The notes under the pieces were generated by a model. That model was not told the DNA's origin. It worked only from the letters and a program-made list of their open reading frames with translations, and did not search any database. Of a stretch of DNA of 64,000 bases, positions 1-11,553 are shown piece by piece. Made by a program: the position numbers and the translations under genes. Origin of the DNA: Callorhinchus milii (taxonomy: Eukaryota); contig NW_024704752.1 of assembly GCF_018977255.1 (NCBI RefSeq), positions 15,934,001 through 15,998,000 of the forward strand. The letters are read 5' to 3'. Position 1 is the stretch's first letter. Every line of letters starts with the position of its first letter.

Positions 1-1477
1 ATTCCTCCCCAGTGCTCAAAAAATCAAAGTAAAACATGGCCGAATAGTAATCATTTCAACTATTTCAATTACAATGCTTCTAGCCAGACATAAGCCATAA
101 TCAGGGATGGAGCTTATTGACAATACTATGTAAACAATATTGCGCCTATATAAAAGGAACATGTGTTGTACTACAATCCCACAAATTCTTTCAGTGAGGG
201 ATAGGTTTTACGGTTTCCAAAAATGATTCTAGGCCCAAAAGGTCTAACTTGACTCGATTAACAATTCTTCTCTGCTTGTATAAATAAGTGATTAAATACA
301 GTACGGTAGCATAGAGTAAATGTGCATTAATAAACATTGCTCTCCCACCTCCTCTCCCCTCATACACACACACGTATAATTACACCCAATTTTCTCTCAC
401 GTTTGGCTCCTTATGTTGCTGAGTCTCTACCCGTGCCTCAGTCACCACTGATGCTTTCTTGCAGCAACAGGGAGCGCTATCGGAAACATCCAAAATGCTC
501 TCATTGAAACATCGCATCAGTGACACCAGAAAAGAGAATAGACCACTCTTACTGGTATTGAAGGTGCCGGGATAGCCCTCTATCATTTCCTGGAGCAGAC
601 TGAGGAGTGCAAGGAATGGAGCCCAAACTTTTAAAATTCCCAATTGCGAGGATCGTGCCTTTTTAATTCGACTGACATTTTTCGCGATGAAGAAGTCACT
701 TGTGGCAGGATGTCTTGACTTGTTGTGGATGGAGACAAACCGCTTGAAGAAAAACTGGTGCCAGCTGCTGACAGTGCAGTACAAGAATGTCATTATTTCA
801 TCATTCCAACCTAATTGTATCATTAATTAATTCGGAATTAGTCTCTTATGAGACAGCTTTGATCGGCGAAGGATTTCCCTTGCTGCATCCAAGGAAATGG
901 TAGTTGATTACTTTAATGAAGAGAGGATTGGAGTGTTAACTAGTCTCTGTTCTCCCAGAGGAGGCCAAACATTGCAATTCACCTTGAAGGCATTCAGAAA
1001 TCACATCCAGCATTGCATTATTTACTTTTCCTTTTCCACACTGAACGTGCGACTACTAAGCTTCTGTCTATTACAAATACAAACAGCTAGCCTCAAGGTG
1101 CAGTTAAGATAATTTGTTTACGAAATAAATCAAATTATGCGAAGTAATGAGCTTCCTACTTACATGCCATTTATATGGCAGCTCTGTCACCACTTTCTCT
1201 GGGGGGTTACAATGCAAAGCCCTGCGATGTTGCAGACTACTTGAGAATATGTTCAAATAGAGCCGATGCTAGGCGGCTAGTAGTAAAATCCTGCTCCATT
1301 TACATTGCTGGATGAAATCCAAAGCACCAGCAGCAACATAGAAATGCCACTGCCTGTGTAATCTAAATGTGCATTTGCACCCTCGTTTCTGAGACTTGAC
1401 TGTTCATCCCATTCTGCAGAGCTAATAATAATCTTTCCATTTGAAATGGCATCTTATCAGGTGAAGGTAGGGACAGC

Positions 1478-1789
1478 AATAATAATAATCCTTGCATTTG
1501 ATATAACGCTTTTCATGTCTTCTAGACGTCTCAAAGCGCTTCACAGAATATACTGTAAATTTAATTGACTGTATAATTGTGGGCGAAACGCGGCAGCCAA
1601 TTGCGCACAGCAGTGTTCCACAAACAGTCGTGGATTGAAAATGACCAATTTATTATTGTCTTGTTTTGGAGGGATTATTATTAGGTGTGTGGAGTAAGGA
1701 AACTTGCCCAAGATTTTGCCCTGCCTGGAATTGAACCCAGGTGTCTCTCTTGTAAGGCGAGTGCTCTAACCACTGAGCTACAGGACTCC
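1478..1789 (-). mobile_element. Full-length tRNA-derived Deu-domain SINE, short subfamily
   Basis: Minus strand begins GGAGTCCTGTAGCTCAGTGGTTAGAGCAC. Pol III A box TAGCTCAGTGG (1770-1780), B box GGTTCAATTCC (1727-1737), Deu-like core CTGTGCGCAATTGGCTGCCGCGTTTCGCCCAC, L2-like tail ending ATCAAATGCAAGG(ATT)n. Near-identical copies at 38769-39157 and 49803-50081. Confidence 0.9.
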
Positions 1790-2035
1790 GCAGTGCAATT
1801 GGCCTTGGAGTCCTGGACATGGGAAAGGAGAAAATCAGCCTGTGTTGCTCATCAAGTGAAGTGATTCCGGATATTGGGCAAGGAGAGGAAGATGGTTGTC
1901 TAGTCTTCAGACATTTACCGACTAATAGAAGAGAACAGATGAAAAATAGTCATTTGGCAAAATAATGAGGAGAAGCCAGCACTCCAGAAGACTTTACTGC
2001 AGTATGAGTTAATGCTTTCAGAAAATGAAGTGGAG
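1790..2035 (+). mobile_element. LF-SINE-like fragment (3' part), interrupted by the SINE at 1478-1789
   Basis: caattggccttggagtcctggacatgggaaaggagaaaatcagcc resembles the recalled LF-SINE core (caattggcctcagtgcccctgggctagggaggggaaaatcagcc) and aligns to the copy at 63616-63992. Confidence 0.6.
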
Positions 2036-2224
2036 GAGATAAAAAAAATCATGCAAAACAGAGTAAACTACAGATTAGAATTTATTCTGACTAAATGAGT
2101 GAGAATCGGGTGTATATTCAAACTGCTGAATAAGGATAGATGCCAGACAGCTGAGGACACAAACATTTTCATTAAATAAACACCAGCTACCCGTCTATCT
2201 CAGAGGAACAAGAATATTTTACAA

Positions 2225-2336
2225 AATAATAATAATCCTTGCGTTTGATATAGTACCTTATCACGTGTTCGAGACGTCTCAAAGTGCTTCACAGAATATA
2301 CTGCAAAGTGAATTGACTGTATATTTTGTGAGCAAA
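2225..2336 (-). mobile_element. 5'-truncated SINE tail
   Basis: (aat)n-ccttgcgtttgatatagtaccttatcacgtgttcgagacgtctcaaagtgcttcacagaatatactg matches the tail of 1478-1789. Confidence 0.85.
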
Positions 2337-2974
2337 GCTAAATACAGCTCATGTTTTACTAAAATGAGAAGTTCACTAATAGTTTGTAATCTTTACCCGT
2401 CTTTCTTCGGCGTTTGTCCTTCTTGGGTAAGTGGCCAGAAGACGAATACGTTTGCAGCATTGCATATGTTCATTGTGCAGGGAAACAAAAGGAGTGACTT
2501 TGGACAGCAGGGTTGATCAGTAAAACAGATTGAAACAGCAGGTTGTCCTGATCGCCAGCTGGGGCAATGTGCTGATAGGAATTTTTTTTGTTTTAAAAAA
2601 AAGCTTATGTTTTTTTTGTGGGGGGCGGGGGGAGAGAAACACAGAATGTTAACTCGAGTAAAATTAACATGATATTTTACAGAAAAGCCAGCTTTCAGCA
2701 TTTATTGTGCGAAGCTTTTCATTCTTCAAGTGAATGTGCTGAATTTACCAAATTGTGCAATAAAGAGAAGCTTATGTAGGTAGTGTGTGGAATTTCAGAT
2801 TTTCGGGGGATTAATAATTTGAGTTGAGGAGGTTAAGATCAGGGTTTTTGTTTGCAGAAAGAGATACAGGGCTAACACTTCTAACACTAGGTTACTATCT
2901 CAGGCCCCATGTTATAAGTCAGCAAAACAAAATGGGCAACTTGCAATCAAAAAGAATTGACCCAAAAGCAGCCT

Positions 2975-3110
2975 TTTGGTGTAGTGGGCAGAGTTGCAGT
3001 TTATGAACCAGACATTTAATGGTTTGAATCCTGGTGTGTGCTGAGTTTGCTGCTCTCCGCTGGGGTTATATGGAGAAGCCATCTTGGCACTGGTCTTCCC
3101 AGGTTTAAGA
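2975..3110 (+). mobile_element. LF-SINE-like 5' fragment
   Basis: ggtttgaatcctggtgtgtgctgagtttgctgctctccgctgggg aligns with 13840-13885 and 63680-63720. Confidence 0.55.
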
Positions 3111-3213
3111 ATTTACACAGAATGATATGGCACTGAAACAGTCCATTTGATCCAATTAGTATTTTAAGCTGCATTTTAAGAGAGATCAGTATTTAATCAG
3201 TATTTATCAGTAT

Positions 3214-3315
3214 TTTCGCCTGCAAAATATAGTCACAACACTTTACAGTGTATTATGTGAAGTGCTTTGTGATGTCGCAAAGATGTGATAAGGTGCTGTA
3301 TCAAATGCAAAGTTT
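3214..3315 (+). mobile_element. SINE tail
   Basis: cactttacagtgtattatgtgaagtgctttgtgatgtcgcaaagatgtgataaggtgctgtatcaaatgcaa; preceded by three tandem atcagtattt units (3185-3215). Confidence 0.75.
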
Positions 3316-4655
3316 TTAATTAAAGCTGCTGAAAAATAATTCATTAATTTAAAGATAAATAAAATGATGAAGAGGACAAATTTATCTACAAATACACGAT
3401 CACGATAGATCACAGTAATTTCTGATGTCTCAAGAACATGATAAGGCAATGCAATGCAAGGATTATTCTTAACATTAATCGGAAGAGATTGTTTCTGTAA
3501 AAGCAAATGGAATATTGATTATCAATCTTTTAAACTAAAGTCGGGCAGATATATCGCAGGGGAAACTAGAAAAGTGGTGTTTTAGTTTTTCCACAGATTT
3601 TGAGTGAAGATTTTAGACAAATTCCAGATGCATTCAAAAGCAGCTCAGGAATATAGAACACATGTAGGGGTCAACATCTCCAGGGCAATTGGGTCAAATT
3701 GGATAGAACCCCAAATCCTTAAGGAAATGAACAAGGAAATAGGTGAGATATGTTGATGTTTGAAGAAGCCACATAAATATAGTTGTTGCACGTAAGATTT
3801 GGCGGGTGGCTCTTGTAATTGATGTCCAAAAAAAATGAGAGGAATGTAGTAACTCAAGGAATTATGCTCCAAGTTATCTCATGCTGACTATGGGGCATTT
3901 TTCATGTTTACCCAAAGAACGTTGAGAGCAAAAGGGAAAGTACACATGGTTTAGGAAACAAAACACCTTGAAAATCTCATTGTAACTCTAGGAGGTGATT
4001 AAATTATTGGTTTATTGGTCACAGGACCTACAAACCATATCATTGTTTGTTTTCTCAGAAGCATCTTAGAAGTTTCACATTTGAGACCCTCAAAGAATAT
4101 GAAAAAATGCGATTGCTTGAGAGAAAATTGTCTTGAGAAATAGAAAGCAGAAGGGGATGTTAAATCGACAAATGAGATTATTTGTCAATCAGTGCTGGGC
4201 TGGAGTCTCGCATCAGCCATTGGGGGAGCTGTGATCCACTGTGTCCCGTGACATGCTTCAGAAAAAAGGTGGCGAAGATATGTAATTGAAAAGGCTGGAG
4301 CACGCATTTGAATTTTACAATGCGATGCTTGGCTATTTCTGCTAATCTCCCAATAGGTATGAGGATTTCAGACAGGATTCCACTGATGTTTGTTTGCAGG
4401 AAAGATGCTTATTCACGGGGTACTGTCTTAGGCCATTATCCGCTTTATAAAGATGTTTTTTCAGTCAGGTTTGTGGACTTGACTGTTATTCAATGTTTGT
4501 GGGGGGAGAGATTCAAAACACAATGCAACAGCAATCCTAATAAGAAATGGAATGCATTTTGGATTATTGCAATTTTGACCCTAATGTTATTTGATATACA
4601 TGATAGTTAGGATTATGCATTGCAAAGCTATGCTTGTTTTAAGTGCAATTGATGT

Positions 4656-4805
4656 AATAATAATCTTTGCATTTGATATAGCACCTTATCACGTGTTCAA
4701 GACGTCGCAAAGCGCTACACAGAATATACTGTAAAGTGAATTGACTGTATATTTTGTGGGCTAAAACATGGCAGCCAATTGCGCACAGCAGTGTCCCATA
4801 AACAA
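4656..4805 (-). mobile_element. 5'-truncated SINE (tail plus Deu core)
   Basis: taataataatctttgcatttgatatagcacc...gcagccaattgcgcacagcagtgtccc. Confidence 0.85.
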
Positions 4806-6169
4806 TCATTTATACACATTTAAATATAAACAGTGTTTTATAAGACATTAAGAACTGCATTTCATAAGATTGGAATATTGACTTTCAATAGCCATGCACT
4901 GGTGATTAAGAGTGAAATGTTCCTTCTTACATCGTGAGCAGTGTAAGACAGGACATAATTATAAGGGATGAAATTTGTGGTTTTCATTAAAGCGTTCCTT
5001 AATTTATTAAAAGAAAGCCTTAAGGATAGCCTCTCCAGTTAAACAGCTTTCTCAGGGTTTTAGCAAAACCACTTTATGACCTTGGCGGGTGTGAGTGATT
5101 TTATTTTTAAGCTTCAGACTCTAAATTGCTCTCCAGCTTGTTTTTATTTGTTTGATATTGCTTTCCCTAGGTCAGTGTGCCAAAATAATATTGCTTTCAC
5201 TGCATAAGAAAGCCGAAATCCACACTCTCCTAGGCCCCCCCAAAAATGGCCTATAGGTCTGGCCTGAAGAAATATTGCAAATTATACTATGTACATTTAT
5301 TTCCACCTGCAACTCTTTCCACTGATCCTTTGGCAAACTCTTGTGTTTTTCTCCTCCATCATGTAGGCAGAGCTTTTTGACCTTTGCCCCTGATGACAGT
5401 ATTGCATCCTTGCTCTTTCAGCACCAGCGGCCAAGGAGTTACTGTAAGGCAGAAGTGTTTATATATTGTTTTCCTGGAAGAGCTCCATTCAAAGGAGCCT
5501 CTAATGATAACCCTCCGAGGGACACTTTAAGGAATACTGCATATTTCACCCTTATAGTTACATACTGCATCATATTGATCAAAATGCAGTAATGATGAGC
5601 TCTAATTATATAGATGTATCTCGTCCAACCAGAATAATGAGTCCACTGACTTCAGCTTGATGGCGATCTTTGCAATGTCTGAGACCCTCCACGATTCTGC
5701 ATCATTCCCCACTTGTATTTTTTTCCGGTTTATGTACAAACTGGCCTTGTTGAAATGCCCTAAATGAAATCATAAGCAATCAGTCCAGGGTGGGAGAAAG
5801 CATATCAGGATATGACTGAATTCAAACACTCATGTTCACAGGGTTTTAAGTGATTAAAACAGGATGGATAATTAGACAAGTGCTGTATGATTTGTGAATG
5901 TACGTGTATCTGTTCTCAAACAATCCTAACATATGAAGAATATTAACATTTCAGGAAACTAGATATCGCAGAATACAGTCATGCCTCAGTAATGTCACCT
6001 TTACTGACCTAACATCCTCTACAAATTCAATTTGCTCAATTGTCTGTCTCTCTCCTGAAATGTTTTCCTGTATGTCCATGACTAAGAAAAACAGAATTTT
6101 CATTTTGCATCCTGTACCATTAGAAAGATAATAGATATTTTAATAGAGTAAGGGAAACTTTTTCTAACA

Positions 6170-6575
6170 GCTTGCACTTGAACAGCATTATACATGTAGA
6201 ATAATGCTTGAAGCACTTCACCAGGATAGAGTGGAAATCCCATCAAGATGGAGTCTGCAGATCGGAAAGGGATGATCAAAGAGCTGTTTTTAGAAGGACT
6301 TTGAATCAGAGATGCAGGATTCAAGAGCAGGACATAGTAGATGAGATTTGAAACAGGGATAAGAGTGTGGAGGCAGTTAAGCATCAAAACATTATCTTGA
6401 AATCCATGGAATAGAGAGCCAATGAAGATGGGGTGATTGGTTCAAAGAACCTAATGTGGGAGAAGATACCGACTGCAGCTTTCTAGTTGTCTGAGGCTTC
6501 TAGAAGGTTCATCTAGGAAGGCTATTAAAATAGATCTTTTGAGAAATCCAGTCTGGCAGTGATAAATAATAATAA
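6170..6575 (-). mobile_element. Old L2 LINE 3' relic
   Basis: Purine-rich block collinear with 30188-30822 (cttgaaatc...agccaatgaagatggggtgat...ccagtctggcagtgata), heavily diverged. Confidence 0.5.
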
Positions 6576-6734
6576 TGTATTATTTCCAGCACACTGGGAA
6601 AAATTCCTTTCTCTTTTTATATAATGCTGAGTGTTAACAACTGAGCCAGGCTGATACCTTAAAAATCCAAAACTCACACATCCTGCAGGACTGTGAATTC
6701 AATGCAATACTAACCAGCCACTTTACTTGTTGAC

Positions 6735-6975
6735 TCAAATAATTTAACGGCTACTCTGGCATTTTATTAGCCAAAATCCCCAGCTGTTTAAAAATAATCA
6801 TATCCGAAAATCTCCTAAGCAGGCTGCACCTAATAAAGTAAACACAAGGAAATGTGCCCGAGGCTAATTATTAGCATATGCTAATAAATTATTAGTAGTT
6901 TAAAGCTCTACCTCCTCACAGTGTTACCGTTTGTCTATCAGTAGGCGGCAGTTGATTTTGATTGTGAACATATTG
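6735..6975. repeat. MER121-like ancient conserved repeat with 20-bp palindrome
   Basis: aaacacaaggaaatgtgcc...ttattagcatatgctaataaattattag...gtgttacc.tttgtcta resembles the MER121 core as I recall it. The palindrome at 6868-6887 is seen directly. Confidence 0.5.
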
Positions 6976-7221
6976 TATGTCATAGGTCAGGTTCACTTGC
7001 CACTACAGGACAGAAAGCAGCATTGAGATGAGTTGTTCCTTCAAGTCTGTACCCATATGATTGTGTGTCTGTTCACCACACTAACCCCCCTTTATAGGGC
7101 TTTTGATAACAATACTCTATTGAATTGTGAGTGTGGAAGTGACACCAATGCATCTCACAGGCTACTTACGAGAAGAAAAAAATGTTGCAAAGATATAAAG
7201 AAAGATATGGGATACATTTAA

Positions 7222-7357
7222 CAAAAGGCAAAACACTGCAGATGCTGGAAATCTGAAATAAAAACAGAAGTTGCTGGGAATACTCAACAGGTCAGGCAGC
7301 ATCTATGGAGACAGGAAAGTGAGTTAATGTTTCAGGTCGATGACCTTTCATCAGAAA
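7222..7357 (-). mobile_element. Penelope-type terminal repeat with minimal hammerhead ribozyme motif
   Basis: Minus strand: CTGATGA-A-AGGTC-ATC-GACCT-GAAAC-ATT-AACTC, then agatgctg...cagcatct stem. Paralogous to 50610-50742. Confidence 0.75.
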
Positions 7358-7709
7358 TGTATGGAATACATTTACATGGTTTTATGCTTAACCATTTGGG
7401 GTAATTTTCTTCTGACTGCCCCATCAGTCTTCACGTCTGCACTGTCAGTTCAAAAAAATGTCATGTTTGAGGGTTTTTGTTTAATTGTCTTGCTCTGTCG
7501 CTTACTGGAGCTATCAAATTTATAAAACATAAATAAATGTTAAACATCCTTTTCTGTTAACATTTCTCCGTGTGACAGCTCAAGGATAGCTGCTGAACGT
7601 GGAACTGAAATACAGAATGTGTCATCGGCATTGGCACTTAAGTGATAAGGTGTTAACATATAAACAGCTTTTTCTCCCCATTCCCAGCTGAGCTCAGGTA
7701 ACTGGGCAC

Positions 7710-7792
7710 AGAACAGGGATATAGGAACTAGGAACATAGGTCCAAGGTTCCGTCCCATGATCTAATAGAATTGCAGAACAGGCTTGAGGGCC
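7710..7792 (+). mobile_element. CR1 LINE 3' UTR fragment
   Basis: catgatctaatagaattgcagaacaggcttgagggcc resembles fish CR1 3' ends. Confidence 0.4.
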
Positions 7793-10700
7793 ATTCAGCA
7801 TTGAGGGGATGTCTTCCAGGGTCTTAACATTCACTTTAATTCCTGAATTGTTACACATAAAGTCAGTCACAAGGCAAGCATGTAAACAGCCCTGTGAAAA
7901 TAATTACATTTTAGTGTTCTGCCTCTAGTCAGAGATGAAAGCCACTGCACAGAAAGCTGCATAGAACTGAAGCATCCTAAGCGCTTAAATCATTTACCCA
8001 TCCATTAAAACGTGTATATATTTTAACGCATCCTGTGTTTATGGTAGGATGAATATCCATCAATGGTTCAGTTAGGGTACATTACGTTCATAGAGTGGTT
8101 TGCTTTGCAAAGATGTATAATTATGTCTTGACTCATGTTCAAGTCATGAGCACTTGAAGGATAGTACAGAAATCTGCTCTGGTGCTGATGCCCAGCCCCT
8201 CTATAAGTAGAGGGGTGTAGTCCTGATGGATACTTAGTAAACTATTTTTGGAATGGAAGCTTATATAAAATCTAAACTTCATAAAGTTGTATATGTTTTT
8301 ACTATAGTAGGCGACTAGTATCTTGTGTAATTATAGTACAAAAAATCTAAACGAACATTCCAGCATCAATTTGGTACAGGAAGGAAATAGAGCAAATGGT
8401 CACTATTTAATTTACAGTGCAACATGCAGGATATTATTATTTTTGTGCATTAATTTAAAGCTCTCTGCTGCAATTCTGGCTCATTAGAAGAGGATGGGCC
8501 CAAGGTTATAATCCCTCCGAGCACAGAAAATAGTCTCTCGCGAAAATTATATGTGTGCAATAAAATTGTCTTAATGTTGCATGTGAATTTCAGGTCTTGT
8601 AAACAATCTAAGTATATCCACTGAACTTTCAATACAATTCTATAATTAGAAATCAACTGGATTTTTAATTGTTTCATCTTTTTCACATGTTTCACTTTGC
8701 CATCAGTGGTCAAGCTGCAGCCACTATGCTTCTGTCTGCTGTAATTCTCAAATCAGAATCACTTTGCCTTGCTACCTCTCTCCATGCTTTCAGAAAACTG
8801 CTTTTAAAAAGAAATAAAGCCAGGGATCGTTTCTGCGGTCATGTATTAAACAGACCATTTGCTGAGTGTTGACTGGCTTAATCTCCCAGCCTCCTCCTCA
8901 ATGATGGCTCTCGTCTCTTCGCATTACTTATAGTTTTACCAGAATATTTGTTTGGTTACCCAGGTGTTTGACACACATGGAAAACCATCAACATGTTTAA
9001 GAGAATCCAAACCAGACTGAGAATCCCATTCATGCATACTACCAACATATCTAAAAATGTGATGATTTTCTGTATTATTAGTGTTGAAAACAGTACATAA
9101 TATTTTAGAAGACCCTCAAAGGCACTCTGCACAATGATGCTTTGCCCTGTGTTTGTTCAATTTGCTGTCCTAACTCAATGCCCACCAGAATGATGGTTTA
9201 ACATTGGCTGATTGATTAAGATGTATTAGAATCATGAGCTGCTCCTTTCTTCTCTCAGATGTACATTTAGAAGTGGATGGTTTTACAACAATTGCTGGGA
9301 TGCTTCTGTGACAGGCAGACAAAGAGGAACAACACTAATCCTTGTATCTTTAGGGAAAACAACAAACTTGCACTGATAAGGGTATTATTTGTAATAAAGA
9401 AGTAATTGTGTCCGTTTGTCAATGAGGGTAAAAACAATTGGTGGGTTGGCTTGTCGGTTATAAATTTTAATTGGTTACAAATCGGTATTTGCCGGGTTTT
9501 CCAATTTTCTCCAAATCTAAATTTGGATTGACAAATCTAAATAACGGATTGACAAATATTCCTTTGGAATGAAGAATGGTTTGTAACTGTCAACGAGAAT
9601 GAAAAAAAAGCTTTTTAATTCTGAGTGACATTCATAGTTTGTGAGATAACGTGACAGAAATTCTCTCGTACGATTTGGTGAATGAGTTTAGCTCTGAAAG
9701 TGATGCAGCAAATACCCCCCCCCCACCCCAGTCTTTTGAAATGTATGTTGATTCATGGCACTGATTGTCAATACACTGCTGCATTTTGTAGAAGAGTTTT
9801 ATTGTAACAAATACTTTCACTCCCCATTCTGAATTTCCATTTGCTACTGGAATTTCATTGAGTCTTGAGTCGCCAATTCATGCACTTTTTCAGCACTCAG
9901 CGTCAATAACCTATTGGATTGACCATTGTGTATGTTTGTGGTGATGGATGAGATAGCTTGATTGGTTTCCCCAAATAGCTATGGTGACAGATGGCCCCGT
10001 TTGATTGGCTTTCTCTAATATATAGAGTTGACTCCTAAGCAGGGGATGAATCTTTTAAGTGTCTGTTCTGTTTAGTGGCTTTTGTTACTTTATTTACTTT
10101 CTATAAAGCCCTAATTAATTGTTCTGTGATCAATAGGCAATGATTCATTTGCGCTCCTCTGGCTTTGAGGCAAGGCTGTTATTTCTAAATTGGTTAATGG
10201 CCCAACAGACGTCTCTGCAAGAACTACACTGAGGGCCAGAATTGAAACAATTGTTAACTTAAAAAGATGTGGAAATAAATACTGTATAGTGAGTGTACCC
10301 CCTTTTATCCCCAACCCATTATTGCCCCAGTCAGACTACTTCAAATAGTGAGAGCTTTGGGGGTAAATTGCACACTTATTGATATGCATACATCAGATAG
10401 TCTGGGCATGAGTTACAGTGTCCAGTTGTGTTCACCACTGCTAAGGTGTGTTAAAAGCTGCAGAACACACCCCTGATGAACAAGAAACACTTTTGTTGCG
10501 ACTTATAGTTTCCGTGGGTGACACTCTCCCAAATTTTGAATTTTTTTTAAAATTAAGGAACCTAGATGAAAACACAAAGTCCATGGTATAGAATGCTAAC
10601 AAGGTTGAAACAAGTAGCTGAGAAACAACAATGACGAGAAGAATTTGATTTACGTAAAGCTTGCATTTTAAAAGCCTGCATGTTGTATGAGGAAGGGAAA

Positions 10701-11436
10701 ATCATGAAGGAGGCAGATGGTTTCACAGGCATCAAGTTATGGGAAAGACTGCATGAGAGCAGGAATGGAATTGGGATGATGAGTGCTGATTTCAACACAG
10801 CGAGGAAGCAGGAAGCATGTGTGGGAGTGCCATCTAGTCTAGTTTTATCAGGTAATGCATCTTTGCCAGCCCTGCAATTTCAAATTTGTTAGTCAGGTCA
10901 ATTAGTCAAGAGAACAGACCAATAAGTCTCTTTCCGTCCGACTACTCACTGGGAATAATAAGTCAAACAGCAACTTGATGGGCTTGTAAGGTTTACTAGT
11001 GACTTAGAAGCAATCAACCGCATATCCATAGCTTTCCATATGTACACCGTCAGAAAGTGAAACAATTTATTAGAACTGCAAATGGAGTCTTCGAGTGATT
11101 CTGCAATTAGACTGGAATGTAAAGTGCAAAATTACTGGACTGGTTGCCAAGCTTGCAGAATCATCCACCATGAATCACATGTTGTTGCCACTTAGTGTTA
11201 CCTGCCAAGTATGAGCAAATTTGACTGCGTTTAACTTGCAGATAACAAGTGGTTCTTTGGATAACACTAAATGAATGTCAACGTGGTAGTGTTCTTTCAC
11301 AGAAATCCTACAAAAGCAGAATTATAAGGAAGAAATATAAAAAAGATCGTATGCTTTTGATAACAACTACTTGATGTTTGGACAAGAGAGTTTTGGGGAT
11401 TGTGAAACTGCATTTCAGATGCCTTGGTATCTATTA

Positions 11437-11553
11437 TAATAACAATAATAATCCTTGCAGTTGATATGGCGCCTTATCACGTTGTTGAGACGTCTTGTAG
11501 CGCTTCACAGAGTTTACTGTAAGGTGAATTGACTGTATATTTTGTGGGCAAAA
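11437..11553 (-). mobile_element. SINE tail
   Basis: aataataatccttgcagttgatatggcgccttatcacgttgttgagacgtc...gactgtatattttgtgggc. Confidence 0.85.

Noticed and set aside
1720-1789. tRNA gene
   Set aside because: tRNA-like head with A/B boxes, but no complete acceptor stem and it continues into the SINE body. Same at 39090-39157 and 50015-50081.
5417-5437. REST/NRSE site (TTCAGCACC...)
   Set aside because: Right half-site GGACAG is missing and the spacing is wrong.
5588-5655. C/D box snoRNA (ATGATGA...CTGA)
   Set aside because: No convincing terminal stem or C'/D' boxes, and no recognisable rRNA guide.
9510-9558. Short direct duplication (aaatctaaat...ggattgacaaat twice)
   Set aside because: Ordinary slippage-type tandem duplication; similar ones at 37185-37235 and 60545-60590.
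10468-10525. Hammerhead (CCCTGATGA-ACAA...TTGT)
   Set aside because: No GAAA box after the putative stem II.
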